This document shows, piece after piece, positions 37,856-46,147 of a stretch of DNA of 54,246 nt. The notes beneath the pieces are model-generated. The model was not told the DNA's origin. It saw nothing but the letters and a program-made list of their open reading frames with translations, and made no database searches. Positions within the stretch are counted from its first letter, which is position 1, and each line of letters starts with the position of its first letter. The DNA comes from Flavobacteriales bacterium. Its GTDB lineage: Bacteria > Bacteroidota > Bacteroidia > Flavobacteriales_G > NORP312. The stretch is taken from the NCBI GenBank assembly GCA_016763645.1, contig JAESTK010000028.1, positions 1 to 54,246 on the forward strand, written 5' to 3'. Both the position numbers and the translations under genes were made by a program.

Positions 37856-37929
37856 GTAAACATAAATATCTGACTTTATTTCACTTGACTGCGTATTGTT
37901 GCTTTTGGAAAATCCAACAATTGTACGTT

Positions 37930-40900
37930 ATGAAAGATGAAAATCTGAGTTCAAATAAAAATAGTAGGGGCGTAATAGGGCTAATAGCTTTATTTCTATG
38001 CTGCGTGCCGAGCTATGTATTTGCGCAGTATTGTACCTCGACCGCCTCGAATACAACTTATAGTAGAATCAATCAGGTTAATCTTCCCGGAGAAACCATA
38101 ACGCTTAATAATACCGCAACTACTTGCGCAGGCTACACGGATTTTACATCGGGACAGAGCAAACCAGATTTAACAACAAGCAACAGTTATACATTGACAA
38201 CTTACTACGGTTCTTGTTCGGGGAGCTATAATAGTGGCGTTGCCGCTTGGATTGATTACAATCAAGACGGTGATTTTGCCGATGCAGGTGAAAAAATCGG
38301 TAATGTTAGTTCTGAAAGCCAAGGCCCATATGCTTTCAACTTTACCATTCCAAGCGGTGCGTTAACCGGCAACACAACAATGAGAATCATATTAGATGAG
38401 GGTTCCATTCCTACGATCCCATGCCACACAGGGTATACTTGGGGAGAAACGGAAGACTATACCGTGACTATAGGGTCCGGAATCCCCCCAATTTGTACAA
38501 ATACACCTACCGCTCTAACCGAATCGAATATTGCCGATGTAACAGCAGACCTTAATTGGACTGAGAACAGTACTGCTACTAGTTGGGACATGGAGTACAA
38601 TACGACCAATACCTTTACGGGAACACCAACCATAGAGAATACGATAAATAATCCATATTCGCTATCCGGTTTAACTGCAGTAACTACGTATTATTATAAA
38701 GTGCGGTCAGATTGCGGAGGGAGTAGTTCCTCGTGGTCGTCAACGGGTAGTTTCACAACAGCAAGTACACCGCTTAACTATTGCACATCAACAGCTTCTA
38801 ATACTACGTATAGCAGAATTAACCAGGTCAACTTGCCAGGAGAAACAGTTACGCTTGACAATACTGCAACAACATGTGCTTCATATACTGATTTTACAAC
38901 AGGTCAAGACATACCAGATTTAGTGAATGGAAATAGTTACACATTGACCACCTATTACGCATCTTGTTCAGGGAGCTATAATAGTGGCGTTGCTGCATGG
39001 ATTGATTACAATCAAGATGGTGATTTTGCTGATGCAGGTGAAAAAATCGGTAATGTTAGTTCTGAAAGCCAGGGACCGTACGTATTTAATTTCACCATAC
39101 CTATAGGCGCTTCCGCTGGAAATACTACGCTCAGGATAATTTTAGATGAGAGTTCCATTCCTACGAACCCATGCCACACAGGTTATAATTGGGGAGAAAC
39201 GGAAGACTATACTGTTACAATTGGTTCTTCTTGTTCGGAACCCACAACTCAGGTATCAGGTTTTAGTACAAACTCAATCACAACCAATTCCATGAATTAT
39301 GCTTTTACTCGCGGAAATGGTACTGGAGGAGTTATGGTGGTGGTCAAAGCTGGTTCTGCTCCAACCGACCCAACAGTGGGAACATCATACACCGCAAGTG
39401 CGACTTATGGGAGCGGTAATGCGTGCGGGGGTGGATTTGTAGTTTACGAAGGCACTGCGGCAGGTATCGGAACAGCCACAGGAAATATTGCATTGTCGGG
39501 ACTTTCGATAAATACTGTGTATTATTTTGCTATATACGAGTATAATTCCGCAGGTACTTGTTATAACATGACCGAACTTTCCGCTTCAGAAAACACGGAC
39601 TGTGGAGCTTTGTCTGACCCAACTTCTTTAACAGCAATAGGAATTACATCAACAAGCGCATATTTAGGTTGGACAGAAAATGGAGCCGCTACAATTTGGG
39701 ACATAGAATTAGGCACTTCTGGATTTTCACCAACAGGAACACCGACAGCAAACGATGTAACAGACAATCCATACTCTTATGGAAGCTTGTCAGCCACGAC
39801 ATCTTACGATTTCTATGTGCGGTCGGAGTGCGGAGGGTCAAATTCGGCTTGGGTCGGACCATTCAATTTAACCACATCATCAACTCCAAATAGCTTTGCC
39901 ACCGAATTATCTTCTGGTTGGGCAAGAGCTGTAACTCAAGGTGCTGACGGTACTTATTTATATGTTGGTGCAGCCAATAGTGATATTCAAATTTCAAACC
40001 TGAACCAATCAGGTGGTGTAATATGGTCAAAAACGTATGGCGGTAGCGGTTCAGAATCTGCATACTCGGTGGTGAATGCTGGGGATGGCGGATACGTCAT
40101 TTTAGGTCAAACGAATTCTAGCACGTTAACTGTTGCTGGGACAAGCAATAATGATTTTATGATTACTAAGATAACGGCAGCAGGCGCTCACGTTTGGACT
40201 AGAGTCATTGAAGGAAACTCGGTTTCTGGCCCAGTCAGCGATGAGGTTCGGGACGCTACGATTATTCGGAACTCAGATGGAACATTTTCATTTACAGCAA
40301 CATCAGATGGTGGAACAGACATGGTATTCGGACATTTAACTTCTGCTGGAGTTGTAACAACGGTAAAAGACCTTTCGCTGCGTTCTGGAGCATACGGATA
40401 TTCATTAGTGCAAACAATCGATGGTGGCTGGGTAGTCGCGGGCCGTTATACTTTCTCTGGTTCTGAATTTTTTGTGGTTAAAATTAGTAGCGTATATGCT
40501 TTGCAATGGAGTATGGTTTGGGGCGATGCTGTTGGGGGTGGACAGCACGAGTATGGATATACAATTGTAGAAAATGCTGCGAATGATTACACGATTTTCG
40601 GAATCACGTTTGCAGAAGGAACAACACCAGGAAATATGTATGCGGTTAGATTTACCAACTCAGGGACTGGCCCCACCGTTATTTGGGCAAAAGCTTTTGG
40701 AGACCCAACGGTAACCGCAAGTTTAAAGGATGCAATTATTGCCAGCGATGGTAATTATGTTGTTACTGGTAGCGTGGCAGCTGCAGGGGGTGGATCATAT
40801 TCAGATACTTATATCATGAAAATAAACCCGGCAAATGGTAACGTTATTTGGCAAAATCAATTTGTTGATGATGGCGTTTCTAATCGCCAAGGCGATGATG

Positions 40901-41739
40901 TTTACGAAGATTCTGATGGGAGTTTTCTTGTCGCTGGCCTCGGAGGATTCGATATGCTAAAATTTGCCAGCAATGGAGAAATGACGGCTTCTTGCATCAA
41001 TACAGTTGGTACTAATGTAATCGAAGATTTAGGCCCGGCTTATGCTGCAGGGCCACCAAATTTGATTAGCAACACTGAAGGAAAGAGTTCAAATTTATTT
41101 GGTACTTCTAACAGCACAACATCTCCAACATTTGTTACTTATGGAACGGAAGTACCAAGTTGTAACGTAGTTATGTTACCAATTGAACTTACTTATTTCG
41201 ATGCCGTTTGTGATGAAGGCAGAATCCTGTGTAAATGGAGTACAGCGAGCGAAACAAACAACGATTTTTTTACGATTGAAAGAAGCAGGGACGGAGAGTA
41301 TTTTGAGAATGTATCAACCATTGAAGGAGTTGGAAACAGCAATAAAGTTAATACTTATCGTTTTGCCGATGAAGGATTTCTTTCCGGCACGATTTATTAT
41401 CGATTAAAACAAACAGATTTCGATGGTAAATCGGAATATTCTGAAATAAGGGTGGTTAGCTGCGAAGGCAAAAACAATAGAGGAAATACAATTGAAGTGT
41501 ATCCTAATCCATTTGAGAGCAATGTGATGATGGAATTTATTGGAAATTCAGAACAGGATTATCAGGTAGAAATCGTTAACCATTTGGGTCAAACGGTGTA
41601 TTCAGAAAGGGTTAAGAGAACGTCTCAAAAAGTCACGATTCGTTTAAACGATATTCTGCCGAACGGTACATATTTTATTAAAGTTTACAACGACAATGAA
41701 ATGTTTAGGGAAAAACTTATAAAATTGAATTCTAATTAA
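37930..41739 (+). CDS. secreted multidomain protein: two GEVED-like domains, Fn3 domains, SBBP-like beta-propeller repeats, T9SS type-A C-terminal domain
   Basis: ATG at 37930 gives a signal peptide ending YVFAQ. The motif YCTS...WIDYNQDGDF...WGETEDYTVTIGS occurs twice. Fn3-like modules are LNWTEN...YYYKVRS. The C-terminal domain is VYPNPFES...YFIKVYN. Confidence 0.8.
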   Translation: MKDENLSSNKNSRGVIGLIALFLCCVPSYVFAQYCTSTASNTTYSRINQVNLPGETITLNNTATTCAGYTDFTSGQSKPDLTTSNSYTLTTYYGSCSGSYNSGVAAWIDYNQDGDFADAGEKIGNVSSESQGPYAFNFTIPSGALTGNTTMRIILDEGSIPTIPCHTGYTWGETEDYTVTIGSGIPPICTNTPTALTESNIADVTADLNWTENSTATSWDMEYNTTNTFTGTPTIENTINNPYSLSGLTAVTTYYYKVRSDCGGSSSSWSSTGSFTTASTPLNYCTSTASNTTYSRINQVNLPGETVTLDNTATTCASYTDFTTGQDIPDLVNGNSYTLTTYYASCSGSYNSGVAAWIDYNQDGDFADAGEKIGNVSSESQGPYVFNFTIPIGASAGNTTLRIILDESSIPTNPCHTGYNWGETEDYTVTIGSSCSEPTTQVSGFSTNSITTNSMNYAFTRGNGTGGVMVVVKAGSAPTDPTVGTSYTASATYGSGNACGGGFVVYEGTAAGIGTATGNIALSGLSINTVYYFAIYEYNSAGTCYNMTELSASENTDCGALSDPTSLTAIGITSTSAYLGWTENGAATIWDIELGTSGFSPTGTPTANDVTDNPYSYGSLSATTSYDFYVRSECGGSNSAWVGPFNLTTSSTPNSFATELSSGWARAVTQGADGTYLYVGAANSDIQISNLNQSGGVIWSKTYGGSGSESAYSVVNAGDGGYVILGQTNSSTLTVAGTSNNDFMITKITAAGAHVWTRVIEGNSVSGPVSDEVRDATIIRNSDGTFSFTATSDGGTDMVFGHLTSAGVVTTVKDLSLRSGAYGYSLVQTIDGGWVVAGRYTFSGSEFFVVKISSVYALQWSMVWGDAVGGGQHEYGYTIVENAANDYTIFGITFAEGTTPGNMYAVRFTNSGTGPTVIWAKAFGDPTVTASLKDAIIASDGNYVVTGSVAAAGGGSYSDTYIMKINPANGNVIWQNQFVDDGVSNRQGDDVYEDSDGSFLVAGLGGFDMLKFASNGEMTASCINTVGTNVIEDLGPAYAAGPPNLISNTEGKSSNLFGTSNSTTSPTFVTYGTEVPSCNVVMLPIELTYFDAVCDEGRILCKWSTASETNNDFFTIERSRDGEYFENVSTIEGVGNSNKVNTYRFADEGFLSGTIYYRLKQTDFDGKSEYSEIRVVSCEGKNNRGNTIEVYPNPFESNVMMEFIGNSEQDYQVEIVNHLGQTVYSERVKRTSQKVTIRLNDILPNGTYFIKVYNDNEMFREKLIKLNSN
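38029..39226 (+). repeat. intragenic duplication: 448-nt GEVED-domain unit at 38029-38476 and 38779-39226
   Basis: The copies align codon for codon. The core 38221-38333 versus 38971-39083 is about 95% identical, and the flanks are clearly more diverged. Confidence 0.8.
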
Positions 41740-41826
41740 TAAAAGCTGAAACATGGTTAAAGAATTGGACTTTGTACCGAAAAAAGAAAGTTTGTGTCTT
41801 ATTGATGAACTAGAACATCAGAAAAA

Positions 41827-42090
41827 ATGTGTTTAGTAATTCCAATTGAAGGTTTTGGCCATGAGGCAAACAATTATCGCCTATTTAAGAAAGATAACCA
41901 GAACGAGATTATTGTTCGTTTTTCAACTTCAACACAACAGTTGATACGGGTTGAACTAAAAAATGCTATGGGCAATAAACGACAAAGCGAAACATATAGT
42001 AATCCTGGAAAGGAAATAACTGTTTTTATTAAAGAAGAATTGGCGAAGGAAGACGTAATATTTATATCACTAATTAATCAAGGAGAATGA
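41827..42090 (+). CDS. hypothetical 87-aa protein (orphan beta-sandwich / sorting-domain-like fragment?)
   Basis: It is an ORF only. Its stop overlaps the next ORF's ATG (ATGA). I recognised no motif. Confidence 0.3.
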   Translation: MCLVIPIEGFGHEANNYRLFKKDNQNEIIVRFSTSTQQLIRVELKNAMGNKRQSETYSNPGKEITVFIKEELAKEDVIFISLINQGE

Positions 42091-44552
42091 AGAGAAAAGG
42101 AAGCGTAATTACGGTAGTTCAAATGAAAAAAGCGGCTCTCATTTTGATGATGTGTCTGAGCAATTTAGTAAACACTCAGGCTCAGGGATTATTTGCTAAC
42201 GGAGGCTTCGAAAACTATAGTAGTTGTCCATCTGCATTGGGGCAAGTAAGTAATGTTGATGGTATTTCCGATTGCACCGTAACAACCGATTACTACAATT
42301 GTAGTTTTACAACAAGCAGTTGCGGAAACGCTGTTCCTATTGTTTCTGGAAATGGTTGCATCGGTATGTTTGCACAGCCATGGAGTGCGACAGGTACCTA
42401 CTCAGAATCGGCATTTATTGAGTTAGACGCACCGACAATAAATGGCACACAATATGACATTAAATTTTCACTTTATGCGAGGGATATTTGGTTTAATTCA
42501 TGTTCTGCTAACGGAGGAATAGGACCTTGTTTCAGTTTTGGATTTTATTTTTTTAAATCAACCAACCCCGTAAGTTGTCCTGGTTCGTTTCCATTCGCGG
42601 TCGGTTCGCTGCCAACTCCCGATGTTCTCATCGATGGGTCTCAATTGACCCCACTTAACAATTGGAATGATTACAACCTGTCGTATACGGCTGACGATGC
42701 GTACGATCGCGTATTATTCGGGTGGTTTCCAAATACGCTAGCGTACGATAATTCAGCTTGTCCGAGCAGCCAGGGAGGCTATGTTTACATCGATGATGTG
42801 TGTATAGATGTGCCAGGGGGAAACTGTGCAGTGGTAACGTGTAACTATGCTGTTAACGCAGGAAGCAATGAAATCGTTTGCGAGGGAGGCGCAATTACAC
42901 TATCTGCAATAGCAACTGGCGGAGTGCTTAACACGACATGGATCACATCTGGTGACGGGTCCTTTAATGACGGTTCGTTACTAACAGCTAGCTACATCCC
43001 AGGCCCAAGTGATATTCTAACAGGCTCAGCAACCTTAACCATAACCACAGACAACCCAGGGGCGGGATGCATTGAAGTTAGTGATGATATGCAACTAACA
43101 ATTACAAATTATGCAGATGCAACCATTACCCCATTACCACCAGCGCTATGCCAAAACAGCAATCCGATCAATTTAACTTCGGCAAGTAGCGGTGGAACAT
43201 GGAGTGGCTCAGGAATTACTAATGTAATTTCTGGAGAGTTTACACCAACAGCAGGGGGCAATATAGAAACGATTTACACAATAACAGGCCAATGCCCAGA
43301 TGCCGACACGATTCAGGTAACTGTAATTCCGTCAGACACCGCTTCTTTTTCTTTTCCCCAACCTATATATTGCCTTAGTGATTTCGACCCGACTCCCGCA
43401 ATTTTGGCAACAACTGGTGGGACTTTTACAAGTAGCCCAGCTGGTTTAACTATTTCGTCAAGTACGGGCATAATTAATCTTTCAGCGAGTAGCGCTGGAA
43501 TTTATGGCGTTTTATATACTACAGGGGGCTCATGTAACGACTCTCTAAGTGTTTCAGTTATTTTGAATGATTTTGATGATCCAAGCTTCTCATACTCAAA
43601 AACAGATTACTGTGAAACAGAACTTAATCCATTTCCGAGTATATCCGGATTGTCTGGCGGAAGCTTTTCTATTGATAATGGAGGAGCGATAAGTTCAACA
43701 AATGGTGAAATATACCTCGACTCGAATAATACTGGTTCATATACTGTAAACTACATAACTAACGGAAATTGCACAAATTCTCAAGACTTCATTTTAAATA
43801 TTGAAGTTGAGGTAGACGCAACCATCGATTCTATAGAACCAATTTGCACGAATAACGCTTCTATTTATCTATCTGCGCAAGACCCTGGAGGAATATGGTC
43901 AGGCAGTGGAGTATCTGGAGGTTCCGAACCAACATTTAGCCCAAATGTCGCTGGGGAAGGAAACTGGCAAATTGTTTACGAAATTCCGGGAGTGTGTAGC
44001 GATATAGATAGCGTTCAAATTACTGTTTTACAGTCAGATATAGCAGAATTTGCCTATGTTGATTCGCTTTTCTGTATTCCCGTGGAAGACCCTACACCTA
44101 TGGTAACAGGCACGAGTGGGGGAACTTTTAGTATAGATAATTTTGGAATAATTGACGACTCAACCGGAGAGATAAACCTTGATAATTCTTCAATTGGAGA
44201 TTATGCTATAACTTACATAACAAGTAGCGCGACCTGCCCAGACACTGCCATTCGTATTATTGAAATTTGTGAAGAAATTGTTTTAATAATACCTAAAGTT
44301 TTTTCTCCAAACAGTGATAATATAAACGACATTTTCAGTGTTTCAGGAGATAATATAGCAAACGTTGATGCACAAATTTTTAACCGATGGGGAGAAATGA
44401 TAATGGAATGGAATACTCCAAAGGGATTTTGGGATGGACGAACATCGGCAGGAAAAGAGGCCCCCAACGGAACATATTTCTATCTGATAAAAATAGTTGA
44501 TACTGAAGGGCACGATTTCGGTGAGCAAGGAAGTCTCACGTTAATAAGATAA
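42087..44552 (+). CDS. secreted Ig-like-repeat protein with gliding-motility-associated (T9SS type-B, CHU_C) C-terminal domain
   Basis: Ig-like repeats of about 75 aa contain conserved Cys/Gly (GGTWSGSG, GGTFTSSP, GGSFSIDN). The C-terminus is PKVFSPNSDNINDIF...NRWGE...GTYFYLI. An alternative start is the ATG at 42123. Confidence 0.8.
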   Translation: MKRKGSVITVVQMKKAALILMMCLSNLVNTQAQGLFANGGFENYSSCPSALGQVSNVDGISDCTVTTDYYNCSFTTSSCGNAVPIVSGNGCIGMFAQPWSATGTYSESAFIELDAPTINGTQYDIKFSLYARDIWFNSCSANGGIGPCFSFGFYFFKSTNPVSCPGSFPFAVGSLPTPDVLIDGSQLTPLNNWNDYNLSYTADDAYDRVLFGWFPNTLAYDNSACPSSQGGYVYIDDVCIDVPGGNCAVVTCNYAVNAGSNEIVCEGGAITLSAIATGGVLNTTWITSGDGSFNDGSLLTASYIPGPSDILTGSATLTITTDNPGAGCIEVSDDMQLTITNYADATITPLPPALCQNSNPINLTSASSGGTWSGSGITNVISGEFTPTAGGNIETIYTITGQCPDADTIQVTVIPSDTASFSFPQPIYCLSDFDPTPAILATTGGTFTSSPAGLTISSSTGIINLSASSAGIYGVLYTTGGSCNDSLSVSVILNDFDDPSFSYSKTDYCETELNPFPSISGLSGGSFSIDNGGAISSTNGEIYLDSNNTGSYTVNYITNGNCTNSQDFILNIEVEVDATIDSIEPICTNNASIYLSAQDPGGIWSGSGVSGGSEPTFSPNVAGEGNWQIVYEIPGVCSDIDSVQITVLQSDIAEFAYVDSLFCIPVEDPTPMVTGTSGGTFSIDNFGIIDDSTGEINLDNSSIGDYAITYITSSATCPDTAIRIIEICEEIVLIIPKVFSPNSDNINDIFSVSGDNIANVDAQIFNRWGEMIMEWNTPKGFWDGRTSAGKEAPNGTYFYLIKIVDTEGHDFGEQGSLTLIR

Positions 44553-44571
44553 ACAATTTGCCCCCAAAAAT

Positions 44572-44613
44572 CCGACAGAATTCAGCTCGTTACCCACGAG
44601 TGTCGGGCTTTTT
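44572..44613 (+). terminator. intrinsic terminator after the CHU_C-domain gene
   Basis: CCGACA pairs with TGTCGG, with an inner stem CTCGT-TACCC-ACGAG, followed by GCTTTTT. Confidence 0.55.
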
Positions 44614-44715
44614 ACTCTTCACTTTAGGCGGAACATGATGAAGGTTTTTAGGAGAGCCTAAATCATTTCGAAAATATTTCCGATGTTTTATATGATTTGG
44701 TTCAAAAAACTGACT

Positions 44716-44723
44716 TAGTTTTG
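44716..44723 (+). promoter_or_regulatory. candidate Bacteroidota -7 promoter box TAGTTTTG
   Basis: It matches TAnnTTTG exactly and lies about 40 nt upstream of the riboswitch P1. Confidence 0.3.
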
Positions 44724-44760
44724 TGCCATTCAATTACCTCTCACGCTTCGTGAATTGTAG

Positions 44761-44892
44761 TTGTTTATAACGAAGAGGTGAGAGAATAGGCTCGTTGACC
44801 CTCTGGCAGCCAACTAAAAGTGTGTTCATCACATTGGAAAATCGGTGCCAATTCCTACTCAGCGAAATGGTTCGTGTGAGAAATATAAATGA
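44761..44892 (+). promoter_or_regulatory. SAM-I riboswitch aptamer
   Basis: P1 is 44761-44769 with 44884-44892. P2 is AGAGG/CCTCT (44774-44778 with 44800-44804), with GA-rich kink-turn-like bulges. P3 is GGCAGCC/GGTGCC (44805-44811 with 44844-44849). The conserved GGTGCCAATTCC is present. P4 is 44858-44880. The aptamer sits upstream of a methionine operon. Confidence 0.8.
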
Positions 44893-44898
44893 GTTACA

Positions 44899-45030
44899 AT
44901 GAAAACGCTAAACGCAATTAGTTTAAAAAAAGGAGTTGAGTCTACCGATTCGAAAGAGGTATTTCTATCATTTTTCTTTCTTGCAACATCTTGTTGCATG
45001 ATGTGGAGCGCATGCTGTTGCATGTGCTAG
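44899..45030 (+). CDS. candidate 43-aa Cys/Met-rich leader or small peptide: MKTLNAISLKKGVESTDSKEVFLSFFFLATSCCMMWSACCCMC
   Basis: The ORF runs from ATG to TAG and is below the ORF-track size cutoff. Six Cys and three Met occur in the last 12 codons. It starts 7 nt after riboswitch P1 and ends 82 nt before metX. Confidence 0.4.
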   Translation: MKTLNAISLKKGVESTDSKEVFLSFFFLATSCCMMWSACCCMC

Positions 45031-45032
45031 AC

Positions 45033-45075
45033 CATCTGTGATTTAACATATCATTCCAGATGTACCGTTTTGTTT
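45033..45075 (+). terminator. weak terminator/attenuator-like hairpin between the small ORF and metX
   Basis: The hairpin is CATCTG-TGAT / ATCA-(TTC)-CAGATG, followed by TACCGTTTTGTTT. The stem is AT-rich and the T-tract is displaced by 4 nt. Confidence 0.3.
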
Positions 45076-45112
45076 AAGGACAAACGAATCCCACATTTTA
45101 ATTTTTAAGATT

Positions 45113-46147
45113 ATGAGAGAAAAAACATATTTATATTCCCAAAAATTTGATCTAGAATCAGGTAAGTCACTTGATTCTGTAGAACTTAATTATACAACTT
45201 ACGGGAAGCTTAACCCCGAAAAAACCAATGTTGTTTGGGTGTGTCATACACTAACGGGAAATTCAAATCCAGCGAGTTGGTGGGGAGGTCTTATCGGTGA
45301 AGAGCGATTATTTGACCCTTATGATAAGTTTATTATTTGCGTTAACACTTTAGGGTCTTGTTATGGTTCATCGGGGCCACTATCCGTCAACCCGTCAACG
45401 GGAAACCAATATTTTAGTTCATTTCCACAGATAACAATTCGAGACATTGTTAAGTCCTTCGAATTGCTAAGAAGTCACCTAGGAATAAATTCGATAGAGA
45501 CGCTTATTGGAGGTTCTTTAGGAGGGCAACAAGCACTGGAGTGGGCAATTGTCAATCCAGAGTTGATCAAAAACTTGGTGGTGGTGGCTACGAATGCAAA
45601 ATATTCTTCTTGGGGAATTGCTTTTAACGAAAGTCAGCGTATGGCTATTGAGTGCGATGAAACGTGGGGAGAAAGTAGCTTACGAGGGGGACTAAAAGGG
45701 TTAGCAGTGGTAAGATCAATTGCATTGTTGAGCTATCGAAACTACCGAACGTATCAAAAAACGCAAGTGGATGACAATCAAAAAACAGATAATTATAGCG
45801 CAGCCTCTTATCAGAAATATCAAGGTGAAAAATTTGTAAAACGGTTCAATGCTTATTCGTATTGGTTACTGTCAAAAGCAATGGATAGCCATGATGTTTC
45901 CAGAAACAGAGGAAGCATCAAAAAAGCTTTATCAAAAATAAAGGCTGAGACAATTGTAATCGGAATAACTACTGATGCATTGTTTCCGATTAGCGAGTCA
46001 CGAACTTTAGTAGAAGGAATAGAAAATAGTGAACTATTAATTATCGATTCGGATTACGGTCACGATGGATTTTTAATTGAAACAGCAACGATTACTAAAT
46101 TATTAAGAGAAAGATTTAACAGACAAACTTTAACAATAGCACAATGA
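45113..46147 (+). CDS. metX: homoserine O-acetyltransferase
   Basis: VWVCHTLTGNS, the nucleophile elbow GGSLGGQQALEW and the C-terminal GHDGFL are typical of MetX. Confidence 0.92.
   Translation: MREKTYLYSQKFDLESGKSLDSVELNYTTYGKLNPEKTNVVWVCHTLTGNSNPASWWGGLIGEERLFDPYDKFIICVNTLGSCYGSSGPLSVNPSTGNQYFSSFPQITIRDIVKSFELLRSHLGINSIETLIGGSLGGQQALEWAIVNPELIKNLVVVATNAKYSSWGIAFNESQRMAIECDETWGESSLRGGLKGLAVVRSIALLSYRNYRTYQKTQVDDNQKTDNYSAASYQKYQGEKFVKRFNAYSYWLLSKAMDSHDVSRNRGSIKKALSKIKAETIVIGITTDALFPISESRTLVEGIENSELLIIDSDYGHDGFLIETATITKLLRERFNRQTLTIAQ

Noticed and set aside
41753-41836. 27-codon ORF (MVKELDFVPKKESLCLIDELEHQKKCV) upstream of the 87-aa ORF, possibly joined to it by a frameshift at the A-run 41822-41827.
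   Set aside because: The in-frame sequence upstream of 41827 hits a stop at 41806-41808, and nothing about either piece suggests a known family. This is too speculative to call.
44889-44921. 10-codon ORF (ATG AGT TAC AAT GAA AAC GCT AAA CGC AAT TAG) starting inside riboswitch P1.
   Set aside because: It is very short with unremarkable composition, and its ATG is buried in the P1 helix. The overlapping 43-codon frame is the more distinctive candidate.
44899-45030. Interpretation of the small Cys-rich ORF as a GG-leader RiPP or bacteriocin precursor.
   Set aside because: There is no Gly-Gly cleavage motif. No radical-SAM, cyclodehydratase, lanthionine synthetase or C39-peptidase transporter gene is nearby. 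The context is a primary-metabolism operon, so the leader or small-peptide hypotheses are retained instead.
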